Positions 39,030-49,344 of a stretch of DNA of 64,000 nucleotides are shown one piece after another. The translations under genes and the position numbers were made by a program. Under the pieces are notes generated by a model, which did not search any database, was not told where the DNA came from, and saw nothing but the letters and a program-made list of their open reading frames with translations. The stretch comes from Squalus acanthias (lineage: Eukaryota): positions 109,928,001 to 109,992,000 of the forward strand of contig CM059432.1 in NCBI GenBank assembly GCA_030390025.1, written 5' to 3'. Numbering within the stretch: position 1 is the first letter of the stretch; each line of letters opens with the position of its first letter.

Positions 39030-39482
39030 TGTTTAAAATTCATATCGGGATGTGAACATTGCTGGCAAGCCTGGCATTTATTGCCCACCTTTAGTTGCTC
39101 TTGAGAAGATGATGGTGGGCCTTCTTCTTGAACTGCTACAGTCCGTGTGGTGAAGGTACTCCCACAATGCTGTTAGGGAGGGAGTTCCAGGATTTTGACC
39201 CAGCAACGAAGAAGGAACGGTGATTATATGTGCAAGTCAGGATGGTGTGTGACTTAGAGGTGAACTTGGAGGCGGTGATGTTCCCAGCTAGGTGGTGGAG
39301 GTTGCGCATTTGAGAGATGCTGCTGAAGAAGCCTTGGTGATTTGCTGTAGTGCATCCTGTACATAGTACACACTGCAGCCATGGTGCGCCAGTGGTGGAG
39401 AGGGTGAATGCTTAAACCATTGGATGGGGTGCCGAACAAAGTGGACTGATTTGTCCTGGATAGCGTTGAGCTTCTTGAGTGG
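39030..39482 (-). mobile_element. CR1-like LINE family A 3' fragment
   Basis: LKKLNAIQDK and HPLHHWRT peptides; family A tail GGGCAATAAATGCC on minus strand. Confidence 0.8.
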
Positions 39483-39659
39483 GAATAATAGTGGGAAACT
39501 GCTAAGCAGAACACAATGGAACCAATCATCAGGCCGCACAAGAACCAGCAAGTGGCAATTAACCAGTCAATGAATTTAGTTAATGCCTGTTTTCAAAATG
39601 ATTTTAGCAGCCATCCTGGCTTCTCATTAAGCTTGGGATATAGGTCTAAAAATTAAACA

Positions 39660-40380
39660 CATAAGATAACAACATAAATTACATTGAGTCTACATCACAG
39701 AAACAGGCCATTCGGCCCAACTGGTCTATGTCGGCATTTATGCTCCACACGAGCCTCCTCCCATCCCTCTATTCCTTTCTCCCTCAGGTGCCTATCTAGC
39801 TTCCCCTTAAATGCATCTGTGCTATTTGCCTCAACTACTCCTTGTGGTAGCAAGTTCCACATTCTTACCACTCTTTACGTAAAGAAACTTCTCCTGAATT
39901 CCCTATTGGATTTATTACTGACTATCTTATATTTATGGCCTCTAGTTTTGGTCTCTCCCACAAGTGGAAACATTTTCTCCACGTCTACCCTATCAAACCC
40001 TCTCATTATCTTAAAGCTCTCTATCAGGTCACCCCTCAGCCTTCTCTTTTCGAGAGAAAAGAGCCCCAGCCTGTTCAGTCTTTCCTGACAGTTATAACCT
40101 CTCAGTTCTTGTATCATCCTTGTGAATCTTCTCTGTACCCTCTCCAATGCCTCTATATCCTTTTTATATGGTGACCAGAACTGTGCAAGTGTGATCTAAC
40201 CAAGGTTCTCTACAAGTTTAACATGACTTCCCTGCTTTTCAATTCTATCCCTCTAGAAATAAACCCCAGTGTTTGGTTTGCTTTTTTTAATGGCCTTATT
40301 AACCTGAATTGCTACTTTTAGTGATTTATATATCTGTACCTCTAGATCCCTTTGCTCCTCTACCCCATTTAGATCCAAGC
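39660..40380 (-). mobile_element. CR1 LINE 3' fragment
   Basis: ERVQRRFTRMI...LFSLEKRRLRGDLIE in ORF 39875..40147. Confidence 0.85.
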
Positions 40381-40383
40381 AAT

Positions 40384-41090
40384 GGGCCGTATTTTGCAAC
40401 CCCTACGGGGTACATACGAGGTGTGTACGCGCCCGTAGGGGCCGCCCAAGTTCCGGGTTTAGGCATGTGAAGCATATGCGCTGAAACCCGAAACTTGCGA
40501 TCCTCCGCATCCCCAGGAAATGGGCCTCTGTGGGTGGAGAGTTGCGCTATTTGCCCAACTTCCGCCCGCTGAAAGGCTGTGGAATTCTTACGCCTGGTAA
40601 AAGCAGGCGTAAGGCCTGCTTTTACCTGCATAAGAGTTTTAAAAATAGAAAAATAAAATTTTATCACTCACTTATACATTAGAAACCCTGTCCAATAAGG
40701 TAAGTTTATCTTTAGCGTCGTTAAAACATATTTAAAAAAATTCAAAAAATTTAATTTTTGTTTAAAATATTTAATTAAATGCCATTTTAATTAATTTTAT
40801 ATATGTAATTTAAAAAATTGTAATTCATGTGCTCATGTATTTTTTAAGTCATCCCCATTCATACTTATAACCTTTCCGTACGTACGGAAACCCCATAAGT
40901 ATGAATGGAGATTCCCTTCTTTCATTGGTTGAGCCTGCCCACTTGATCCCAGTGCCGCTTGCGAACCGCATGCACCCCTGGGATACGTGGGGATCTACGC
41001 ATTTCTACCAGGAGAGGCCCAGGATCGCAAGCCTCCGTATCTCCCGGACCACCACTAATGTGTAGATTTTTTGATCTTCGGGGGCATCCG
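40384..41090. mobile_element. MITE (inverted relative of 6247-7005), right end lost
   Basis: Starts GGGCCGTATTTTGC after AAT; shares GGTAAAAGCAGGC...GCCTGCTTTTACC hairpin and AT-rich core. Confidence 0.8.
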
Positions 41091-41295
41091 CCCTCAACCA
41101 GCATCAATAAAACAAATTATTTGGTCATTATCTCTTTGCTTTTTTGTGGGATCTTGCTGTGTGTAAATTGGCTGCCGCATTTCCAACATTACAACAGTGA
41201 CTATACTTTGAGAAAAAACATAATTCATTGGGTGTAAGGCACTTTGGAACGTACTGCAATCATCTAAGGCACTGTATAAAGGCAAGTTCTTTCTT
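41090..41295 (+). mobile_element. 3' half of Deu-domain SINE
   Basis: Matches 28598-28762 (CCCTCAACCA...AAATTGGCTGC...ACATTACAACAGTGACTA). Confidence 0.75.
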
Positions 41296-41464
41296 TCTTC
41301 AGTTGGAGAGGTCCATGGTAGGCATTGTTTCTACTGATTGCAGAGCTACCATGTCAGACACTACCACTCTCTCTCCTGAGGAGCCCACTGAGCTGAGCTG
41401 CAAATTGTACCCAATTCCAGAACATTAAAAAAACAGCACCATCACAAGGTGGTGACAGGTACTA

Positions 41465-42652
41465 CAACAACATTTCAGCATCCTGCATTTTCACTATCCC
41501 CTCTGACCTTCCCTTCTCTGACCCTGAACGATCAGTCCTCAGCAAAGGCCTCAGCTTCATCCTCTTACGGCCCCACCTCAATGAATTTTGAGCTCAGTAT
41601 GATGCTGAGCTCTTCTTCCATTGCCTGTGCCTCCGCATCCACTTCATTGGCCAGGAGCCTTTCCCCTTCTCCCGTCTCCAGAATTTCGTTCCACCTGGAC
41701 CCCGCCCTCTGGCCTTTTACCCTCTCTGGATCTTTTCATTGGGAACTGCCAGTGTGGTATTGGTCATCTTAATTTCTCTGCTCCCCTCACTCACTCTAAC
41801 CGACCTGCCTCTGAACTTGCAGCATTCCGTTCTCTCAGGTCCAACCCTGACTGTCATTAAACCTGCTAACAAGAGTGGCACTGTTGTTGTTTGGCAAACA
41901 GACCTCTACCTTGCGCAGGCTTAAAGTCAACTCTACGACACCTCCTCCGACCTCCCCCCGGACTATGACCCCACCACCGAACATCAAGCTATCTTTTCCC
42001 AGACCGTCACTGACCTCATCTCCACTGGAGTCCCCCAAACCCGCACAGCCAACTTCTACCTCCTTCTTCAGATCAACAAACAGGATTGCCCTGGTAGACC
42101 CATCATTTCGGCCTGCTCTTGCCCCATGGAACTTAATTCTTCCTTTCTCAACTCTATTTGTTTCTCCCCTTGCTAGTGTCTTCCCACCAACATCTGCGAC
42201 TCTTCCAATGCCCTCTGCCACTTTAACAGTTTCCAGTTTCCTGGCCCTAACCGTCTCCTTTTCACCATGGATGTCCAGTTACTCTACACCTCCATCCTCC
42301 ACCAGAATGGCCTATGAGCCCTCCACTTCTTACTTAAACGGAGGCCCAACCAGTTCCCATCCGCCACCACCCTCCTCCGCCTGGCTGAACTTGTTCTTAC
42401 ATTGAACAACTTCTCCTTTGACTCCACTCACTTCCTCCAAATTAAAGGTGTTGCTATGGGAACCCGCATGGGTCCTAGCTATGCCTGCATTTTCATGGGA
42501 TACATGGAACATTCTTTGTTCCAGTCCTGCACAGGTCCCCTCCTTCACCTCTTTTTCTGGTACTGTATTGGTGCTGCTTCCTGCTCTCACCTCAAACTGG
42601 AAAATTTAATCAACTTTGGTTCCAATTTCCACCCCTCCTTCACCTTCACATG
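41465..42652 (+). mobile_element. Penelope-like element RT fragment (decayed)
   Basis: VIKPANKSGTVVVW and FLQIKGVAMGTRMGPSYACIFMG are PLE RT signatures; followed by a minus-strand family A scrap to about 42840. Confidence 0.88.
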
Positions 42653-43364
42653 GCCCAGCGACGATGAAGAAACGACGATGTATATCCAAGTGTGTGACTT
42701 GGAGGAGAACCTGGAGGCGATGGTGTTCCTATTCAACTGCTGCCCTTGTCCTTCTCGGTGGTGGAGGGAGTGGATGGGGTGCCGATCAAACGGACTGGTT
42801 TGTCCTGGATAGTATCAAACTTTTTGTTGGAGGTGCACCCATAAGGCACATAACAGCCAGGTGATCTGTCATCGCAGATCTGCTGTGTATTTCCTCCCTA
42901 TAGCTCTATCCTTCAAGGTGAGTACTTTAAGTTACATCACATCCTGCAATCACAATCTGAAGGTTGAATTTAGTAAATAACGGACTTGTGCAAAGTAATG
43001 ATGGATCAGCTTTAGTAACGATGAGCCCAAAGTAACAATGACCCCAACATGCATCAGCTATTTCCTCTTGTATATTTTGCAGTGTGTGCACATTAAAAAA
43101 AACTGCCACCTCTATTCCAACAGCACCCAGTCCTTTCGCTGAATGTCACCAAATTTCTTTGAAAATGCAAATCTAGCGCCTTTTCCACCAGTAAGTTGCT
43201 GCAGTGCAGTGAAAATAAATGATATGGCTGCTGTGAGGTAAGGGACCCTGTGGCAGTTTAGCTTCTATTACCAACTCTGAATCCCTTCCAGCCAAGCTCC
43301 CCATGACTCCTTTACCCTGGATCAAACTATACAGTGGGTCAGCGCTGTTTAAGATCTCATAGAC

Positions 43365-43558
43365 TGTGGTAACACAATACAGCTTCCTGTGACTCGAACT
43401 TTATTACATCACTTCCTGTGATTAGTCCAGGATAAATACTGGGCTGATCAGTTGGATCCTGGAGAGGCATAGAGTAAGACCTCTTTTGTATGTAGCACCT
43501 TTTTAGTTGATTAAAGCTTACTTTAAGTTCACCACACGTAAGGCTCATTCTTACGACA
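43365..43558 (+). repeat. 5' LTR
   Basis: TGTGGTAAC...CTTACGACA; direct repeat of 47639-47832; GATAAATA 43431-43438; ATTAAA 43510-43515. Confidence 0.97.
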
Positions 43559-43636
43559 ATTTAATCAACTTTGAAAAACTTCGCACTCAAACTTTTTGGA
43601 CGAACTCGGAACTAAGGATCCAGGGAATCACCCATC

Positions 43637-45157
43637 ATGGAAAACATCCTTAAACCATCGCGTCTTGACTTGGACCCAAACACCCCAGCAGCCGGTAAGG
43701 TGTGGAAACACTGGTATCGCACGTTTGACAATTTTCTCGAATATTGCAAGGCTGATGATGACTCAAAATTGCGGATACTCATCAACTGTGTCACCCCGAA
43801 TGTATTTCAGTATGTCGAGGAATGGGGCAGTTACGAGGAGGCAATTCGGACGCTTAAAAGACTATATACTAAGACACCGAATGAGGTCTATGCCAGACAT
43901 CTACTAGCTACAGCCCAACAAGGGCCGGAGGAATCCATTGATAAATTCCTCCAAGAGCTTCGCAGACTTAGTATGGACTGTAACTTTCAGGCGGCCTCAG
44001 CTGAGCTGTACCGTGAAGAAATGATCCGTGATGCTTTCATCTGCGGGCTTGCCTCCCCATTTATACGCCAGCGTCTACTGGAAAGTAAGACACTTGAGCT
44101 TCAGAGAGCTTATGACATGGCTTGCTCTCTAGATCTGGCAAAAAGAAATGCAGACCTTTATACAGTGCCCAGACCTCGGTCTGCTGCCTTAACTACAGTC
44201 AGGCAATTTAAGAGGCCACAGGTGAACTCTATTAGGGAGGACTTTATCCCTGACGATCAATCTGATGACTTCACTGATGAAGAGGATGATGACCCCACTG
44301 TGGCAGCCTCTTGGCAATCTAAGAAATGCTTCTTTTGTGGTGATGAGTTTCACCCTCGGAAATTCTGCCCTGCTCGCAATGCGTTTTGCAGTCATTGCAA
44401 CAAAAAGGGTCATTTTGCAAAGGTTTGCCTATCAAGAGCCTCTACGAGGGCTTATCAAGCTAAGTCCTACCGAACTGCCCCGGTAAGGGCCTATCAAGAT
44501 GTTCCGGCTAAAATCTATCGTGCTTCCTCTCGGGTTTTCTCTCGAAGAAACACACCTAGAGTTTCAGCCACTCTTTGTGCAACGACACCAATTACAGCTG
44601 CTTGTCCTCAGAACCTATTCCATGCAGCTACAAAAGCATCAATTAATGGACATACTTTAGATGCCTTAATTGACTCAGGTAGCACTGATAGTTTCATTAG
44701 GGAACAGATTGTTGCAGAGTTAAAGCTACATGTTTTCCCATCGGACCAGGCAATTGCGATGGCTCAGTCATCACTTAATACCAGAATTTCTGGCTTTTGT
44801 ATGGTTGAAATAACACTTAATGGTCACAGGTATCCCTCCACCCGGCTTTCGGTGCTCAAGGACTTATGTAGTGATCTTATCTTAGGGCTAGATTTTCAAA
44901 AGCAGCATAAGAAGCTCACCATTGAGTTCGGCGGATCCAAACCTGAACTCACTATTTCTAATATACGACCTCGATTACCGTTCTGTGCATTGTCAGCAGC
45001 TTCACTGGATGAACCCTCACTGTTTACCAGTATCCCTCCTCGATGCAAACCGATTATAACAAAGTCACGACGTTTCAGTCAGGAAGACCAGTCTTTTATT
45101 GCGGCTGAGATTTCTCGGCTTTTAGCAGAGGATATCATCGAGCCTTGTTCGTCGCCC
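43637..45157 (+). CDS. gag: Gag (two CX2CX4HX4C knuckles) plus aspartic protease and RT start; frame lost at about 45157 (runs on to stop at 45325)
   Basis: CFFCGDEFHPRKFC, CSHCNKKGHFAKVC, LIDSGS, LILGLDF. Confidence 0.92.
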
Positions 45158-46509
45158 AGGTCGTTATTGTTAAGAACCCTCTACAACCTCACAAGAAACG
45201 GCTGTGCATTGACTATTCACAGACCATCAATCAATATACGGACTTGGACGCATACCCATTGCCGCGCATCGATGATATGGTTAATAAACTGGCTGAGTAC
45301 ACGGTGTTCTCAACATATGATCTGAAAAGTGCCTATCATCAGGTACCCTTGAAGGTCTCAGACAAGCAGTATACGGCCTTTGAAGCCAATGGACGGCTGT
45401 ATCAATTTCGTCGCCTCCCCTTTGGGGTCACTAATGGAGTGGCTGTCTTCCAGCGAGCAATGGATGACCTGGTCAAACAGGAAGACTTAAAGGATACGTT
45501 TCCTTATCTGGACAATATTACTGTCGCAGGTCGCAATCAGCGGGAACATGACGCCAATCTCCAACGATTTTGGGATGCACTCCAGCACCGTAATTTGACA
45601 TTAAATGCGGCTAAATCCATTGAGTCACAACCAACCATCAACATCCTTGGCTATTGTGTGGGCAATGGCATCATTAAACCTGACCCTGAAAGGCTTCGCC
45701 CACTCCAAGAACTCCCGCCACCTAAGAATCCGGCCTCCTTGCGCCGGGCCCTCGGCCTGTTTGCATACTATGCTAAATGGATTCCTAACTTCTCGGACCG
45801 AATCCAACCTCTACTGAAGGCCAGCACATTCCCACTAGACACAGCGGCTGTTGCAGCCTTTAACCTCCTGAAAAAACAGTTGGAGAGAGCGGCTCTTCAC
45901 TCCATCGATGAGAGTCTTCCTTTTGTTGTTGAGTGTGATGCCTCGGAGGTGGCGATCTCGGCCACTCTGAATCAGGAAGGTCGTCCGGTGGCATTTTTGT
46001 CCAGGACTTTTCAAGGGGCTGAGCTACATTATCCTCCAGTCGAGAAAGAAGCTACAGCCATCATAGAGGCAGTACGGAAGTGGACTCATCTCCTAGCTCG
46101 CCAGCACTTTACCTTAATCACGGACCAGCGATCGGTCGCCTTCATGCTCGATAATCGAAAACGGACCAAAATTAAAAATAATAAAATCCAGCTTTGGCGG
46201 CTGGAATTGGCCTCTTTTGGTTACACCATCCACTATCGACCTGGCAAGGAGAATGTGGCTCCGGATACCCTCACACGAGCATTCTGCTCCACCATGGCAC
46301 CCTCTACGCTCGTAGACATCCATGATGGGTTGTGTCATCCGGGCGTTACTCGCATGCTACACTTCGTGCGGTCCCGAAATCTCCCATTCTCTACCGGGGA
46401 TGTAAAGAAGATGTGCTCGGACTGCAGAGTCTGTGCGGAATTGAAACCTCAGTTTTCGCCCCTCGGGTGGTATACTCATACATGCGACCCAGCCAATGCA
46501 ACGGCTTAG
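45145..46509 (+). CDS. pol: Pol: reverse transcriptase, RNase H and integrase HHCC region (frameshifted fragment)
   Basis: RLCIDY, YPLPRID, YDLKSAYHQ, LPFG, YLDN, ECDAS, EKEA, TDQ, HDGLCHPG...CSDCRVC. Confidence 0.93.
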   Translation: MFVAQVVIVKNPLQPHKKRLCIDYSQTINQYTDLDAYPLPRIDDMVNKLAEYTVFSTYDLKSAYHQVPLKVSDKQYTAFEANGRLYQFRRLPFGVTNGVAVFQRAMDDLVKQEDLKDTFPYLDNITVAGRNQREHDANLQRFWDALQHRNLTLNAAKSIESQPTINILGYCVGNGIIKPDPERLRPLQELPPPKNPASLRRALGLFAYYAKWIPNFSDRIQPLLKASTFPLDTAAVAAFNLLKKQLERAALHSIDESLPFVVECDASEVAISATLNQEGRPVAFLSRTFQGAELHYPPVEKEATAIIEAVRKWTHLLARQHFTLITDQRSVAFMLDNRKRTKIKNNKIQLWRLELASFGYTIHYRPGKENVAPDTLTRAFCSTMAPSTLVDIHDGLCHPGVTRMLHFVRSRNLPFSTGDVKKMCSDCRVCAELKPQFSPLGWYTHTCDPANATA

Positions 46510-47575
46510 CATCGATTTTAAGGGGCCGTTGCCCTCTTCAACTCGCAACACTTATCTATTGACCATGGTCGATGAGTATTCCCGTTTTCCATTTGCCTTT
46601 CCCTGCCCCAATATGCTGACGACCACGGTTATCAGCTGCCTTGAGCAGGTATTTGCTTTCTGTGGCATGGCATCCTATGTTCATTCGGATCGGGGCCCTT
46701 CTTTTATGTCAGGAGAACTCAAGGCCTATCTCTCGGAACGGGGTATTGCTGCCAGCAGAACGACGCCTTATCATCCGGTCGGGAATGGGCAAGTCGAGCG
46801 TTTTAACGCTATCATCTGGAATGCGGTACGTCTGGCTTTGAGATCTCGGGGCCTACCCAACCAGCAATGGGAAGCAGTACTTCCAGACGCATTACACTCC
46901 ACACGGTCCCTCCTTTCGACCGCCACAAATACGACGCCTCATGAACGGTTCTTCCGATTTCAGCATCGCTCATCCTATGGGATATCTCTCCCGTCATGGC
47001 TGACTGCACCAGGACCAGTGCTACTCCGAAGATATGTTCGGGCGTCTAAGAACGACCCCCTGGTAGATGAGGTTGAGCTCACTGACGTCAACCCTACCTA
47101 CGCCTATATTCGGTATCCTGACGGTCGGGAATCTACCGTGTCATTGCGGGATCTGGCTCCCTGCCCGCCGAAACATAGAGGGACACCAGGGGATGATATT
47201 GTACCAGGCACATCTCTGGGCTCGCCAGGTGCCTCTCATCACGATCTGGATCTGACGCCGGCTGGTACCTCACTCCAGCGTGCCGACCTGGGGCAGACTG
47301 ACTATGAGCCCGTCGGGGCTCGCACGCGCAGCCACGATCCACCCCGTACCATACGCTCGGAAACGGATCTGCCACAGCCCTGCCCGACACCCGTTCGGGC
47401 ACCAGTACACAATCAGGATTGTCCTGACCCCTCACAGAGCGGGCTGGATCACTCGGACTCTGGTCCACGGCCCGCGGCGGGTAAACGGGCTAGGGGCCCT
47501 CTACCGCTACGAGAACCCAAACGGGTGCGGCTCTCCCTCGTCCAGCGGCTACGAAATGGAGGGAGAATGTGGTAA
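46496..47575 (+). CDS. pol: Integrase core (D,D35E) and C-terminal region
   Basis: SIDFKGP, VDEYSRF, HSDRG, YHPVGNGQVERFN; no chromodomain evident. Confidence 0.92.
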   Translation: MQRLSIDFKGPLPSSTRNTYLLTMVDEYSRFPFAFPCPNMLTTTVISCLEQVFAFCGMASYVHSDRGPSFMSGELKAYLSERGIAASRTTPYHPVGNGQVERFNAIIWNAVRLALRSRGLPNQQWEAVLPDALHSTRSLLSTATNTTPHERFFRFQHRSSYGISLPSWLTAPGPVLLRRYVRASKNDPLVDEVELTDVNPTYAYIRYPDGRESTVSLRDLAPCPPKHRGTPGDDIVPGTSLGSPGASHHDLDLTPAGTSLQRADLGQTDYEPVGARTRSHDPPRTIRSETDLPQPCPTPVRAPVHNQDCPDPSQSGLDHSDSGPRPAAGKRARGPLPLREPKRVRLSLVQRLRNGGRMW

Positions 47576-47638
47576 CACGATACAGCTTCCTGTGACTCGA
47601 ACTTCATCCCGGCCTCCTAATCTTTTGGGGGGGGAGAA

Positions 47639-47832
47639 TGTGGTAACACAATACAGCTTCCTGTGACTCGAACTTTATTACATCACTTCCTGTGATTAGT
47701 CCAGGATAAATACTGGGCTGATCAGTTGGATCCTGGAGAGGCATAGAGTAAGACCTCTTTTGTATGTAGCACCTTTTTAGTTGATTAAAGCTTACTTTAA
47801 GTTCACCACGCGTAAGGCTCATTCTTACGACA
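47639..47832 (+). repeat. 3' LTR
   Basis: Identical to the 5' LTR except A43536/G47810. Confidence 0.97.
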
Positions 47833-49344
47833 TAGACCATCCAAAGTAGGTATAAAGTATAAAATATTGTAATGGGTCTTTTAGGAGGGCCTGGCTGCAC
47901 TAGAGCAGCTGTCTGTATATTTCCTGGCAGGCTGTATGACACTTCCGCAACCTACCTCATATATCAAGGGAGGGGCTACCCTAAGATGTGGGCGGTACAG
48001 GTGCCTAACATTGGTTCTAACAGTGAGAAAGAATAAATGTGGATAAGTGTTTTCCTTGTAACTCTCTGGGCCATTGGCTTTGAAGTTGGGGCGAGTTTCT
48101 GTTACTGGTCCTGAACCGGTCAGCCCACCAAAATAGTTCTCAATGCAGCAGTGTTCCAACAGCATTGAATGTAACTGAATGAACACCCAGCCATGGGAGT
48201 CTTGAGCATTTCCTCGTGTTGTGCAGGTAGTTGGGTGCCTTTGATTCTGTTTGTTTTCTTTATCTGCTTAAACTCCACACAGAAATAAGCAGTGACTGAA
48301 CAGGAACTTGGTTGAAATTTTACTTATTAGGGAGTCATAAATCAATGTGTAAAGTTGCATTTTGCAGCCATGTACTGTTACGTTTGTACCCATGCTGTTC
48401 CTCCTTGGCCTAAAGATGTGGAAAGGTGGAACTTTTTAAGGCATTTATTTTCCTTGCTTCCTCTTTTTTGCAGACTTCACTCCCAGCTGAGTTCCTCAGG
48501 TGCAATGTTATGATACAGCTGACCTGTTTTACATGGAAGCTTAGATGGAGCCGAGAGGAGAAGTATAGGTTGTCAAAGTGGCTCACCTTGATGACAATCC
48601 TATGGTAAATAATTCACCCATTATTCTTTCTCTTCTGTGCCTCATGGCACATGAGACAACTGATTACTTCCACTAGTTTACATCCAGCAGATTGTGCTCT
48701 GGCCTGTGTCCATAACAAGATCCCTTGTTACGTGGTCAGGTCATTAGCCTGAATCACAACTGCCTACCAGGAGAACAGGCTTGATACACTGGGAGGGTGG
48801 TCACTCCACTCCCATCGGACTCAAGTACCCCTCTGGATTTAAATGTCAGTTTGTCCCAGTATTTAAATGTCGAAGCTCTGATCTCCTGCTCACCGGGACT
48901 GTCTGGAGTGGGGTTCGAACTAATAACCTTCAGACTCAGAGGCTACCACCGAGCAAAGGGTCACTTTAGTGGACACATTACTCAGCAGTAAATCACTTGT
49001 TCTCTCTGTTTTGCAGCAGCCTGCAGGTTAGTTCAATTATACAGCAGGGCTTATTGCTCGAAAGTGGATTTTGTTTCCCAGCAATGCACAGCGCAGCCAG
49101 TGTCGGAGCAGTGAATGACTGACCGCAACTTCAAGATTTCTGTGTTTAGATGCGCATGCGCTACATCCTGAAGTTGCAGTCAGTTTCAAAGGGGTAATAA
49201 CGGCAAACGCTGTTAGTTCGCTGTTATAACCCACCGCAAATTCCAGTCCATTATGACGGATGGATGAGAAATGTGTAACCTGGAAATGAACATTAAGTCC
49301 GTCGGCATCTGTAAGAGAGGACCAGTTAATGTATCAGGGTTTAG

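Larger units (their letters stand above)
43365..47832 (+). mobile_element. Complete Ty3/Gypsy LTR retrotransposon (gag-PR-RT-RH-IN), recent insertion, two frameshifts
   Basis: 194-bp TG...CA LTRs differing at one site; 5-bp TSD TAGAC (43360-43364, 47833-47837); PPT GGGGGGGGAGAA before the 3' LTR. Confidence 0.97.
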
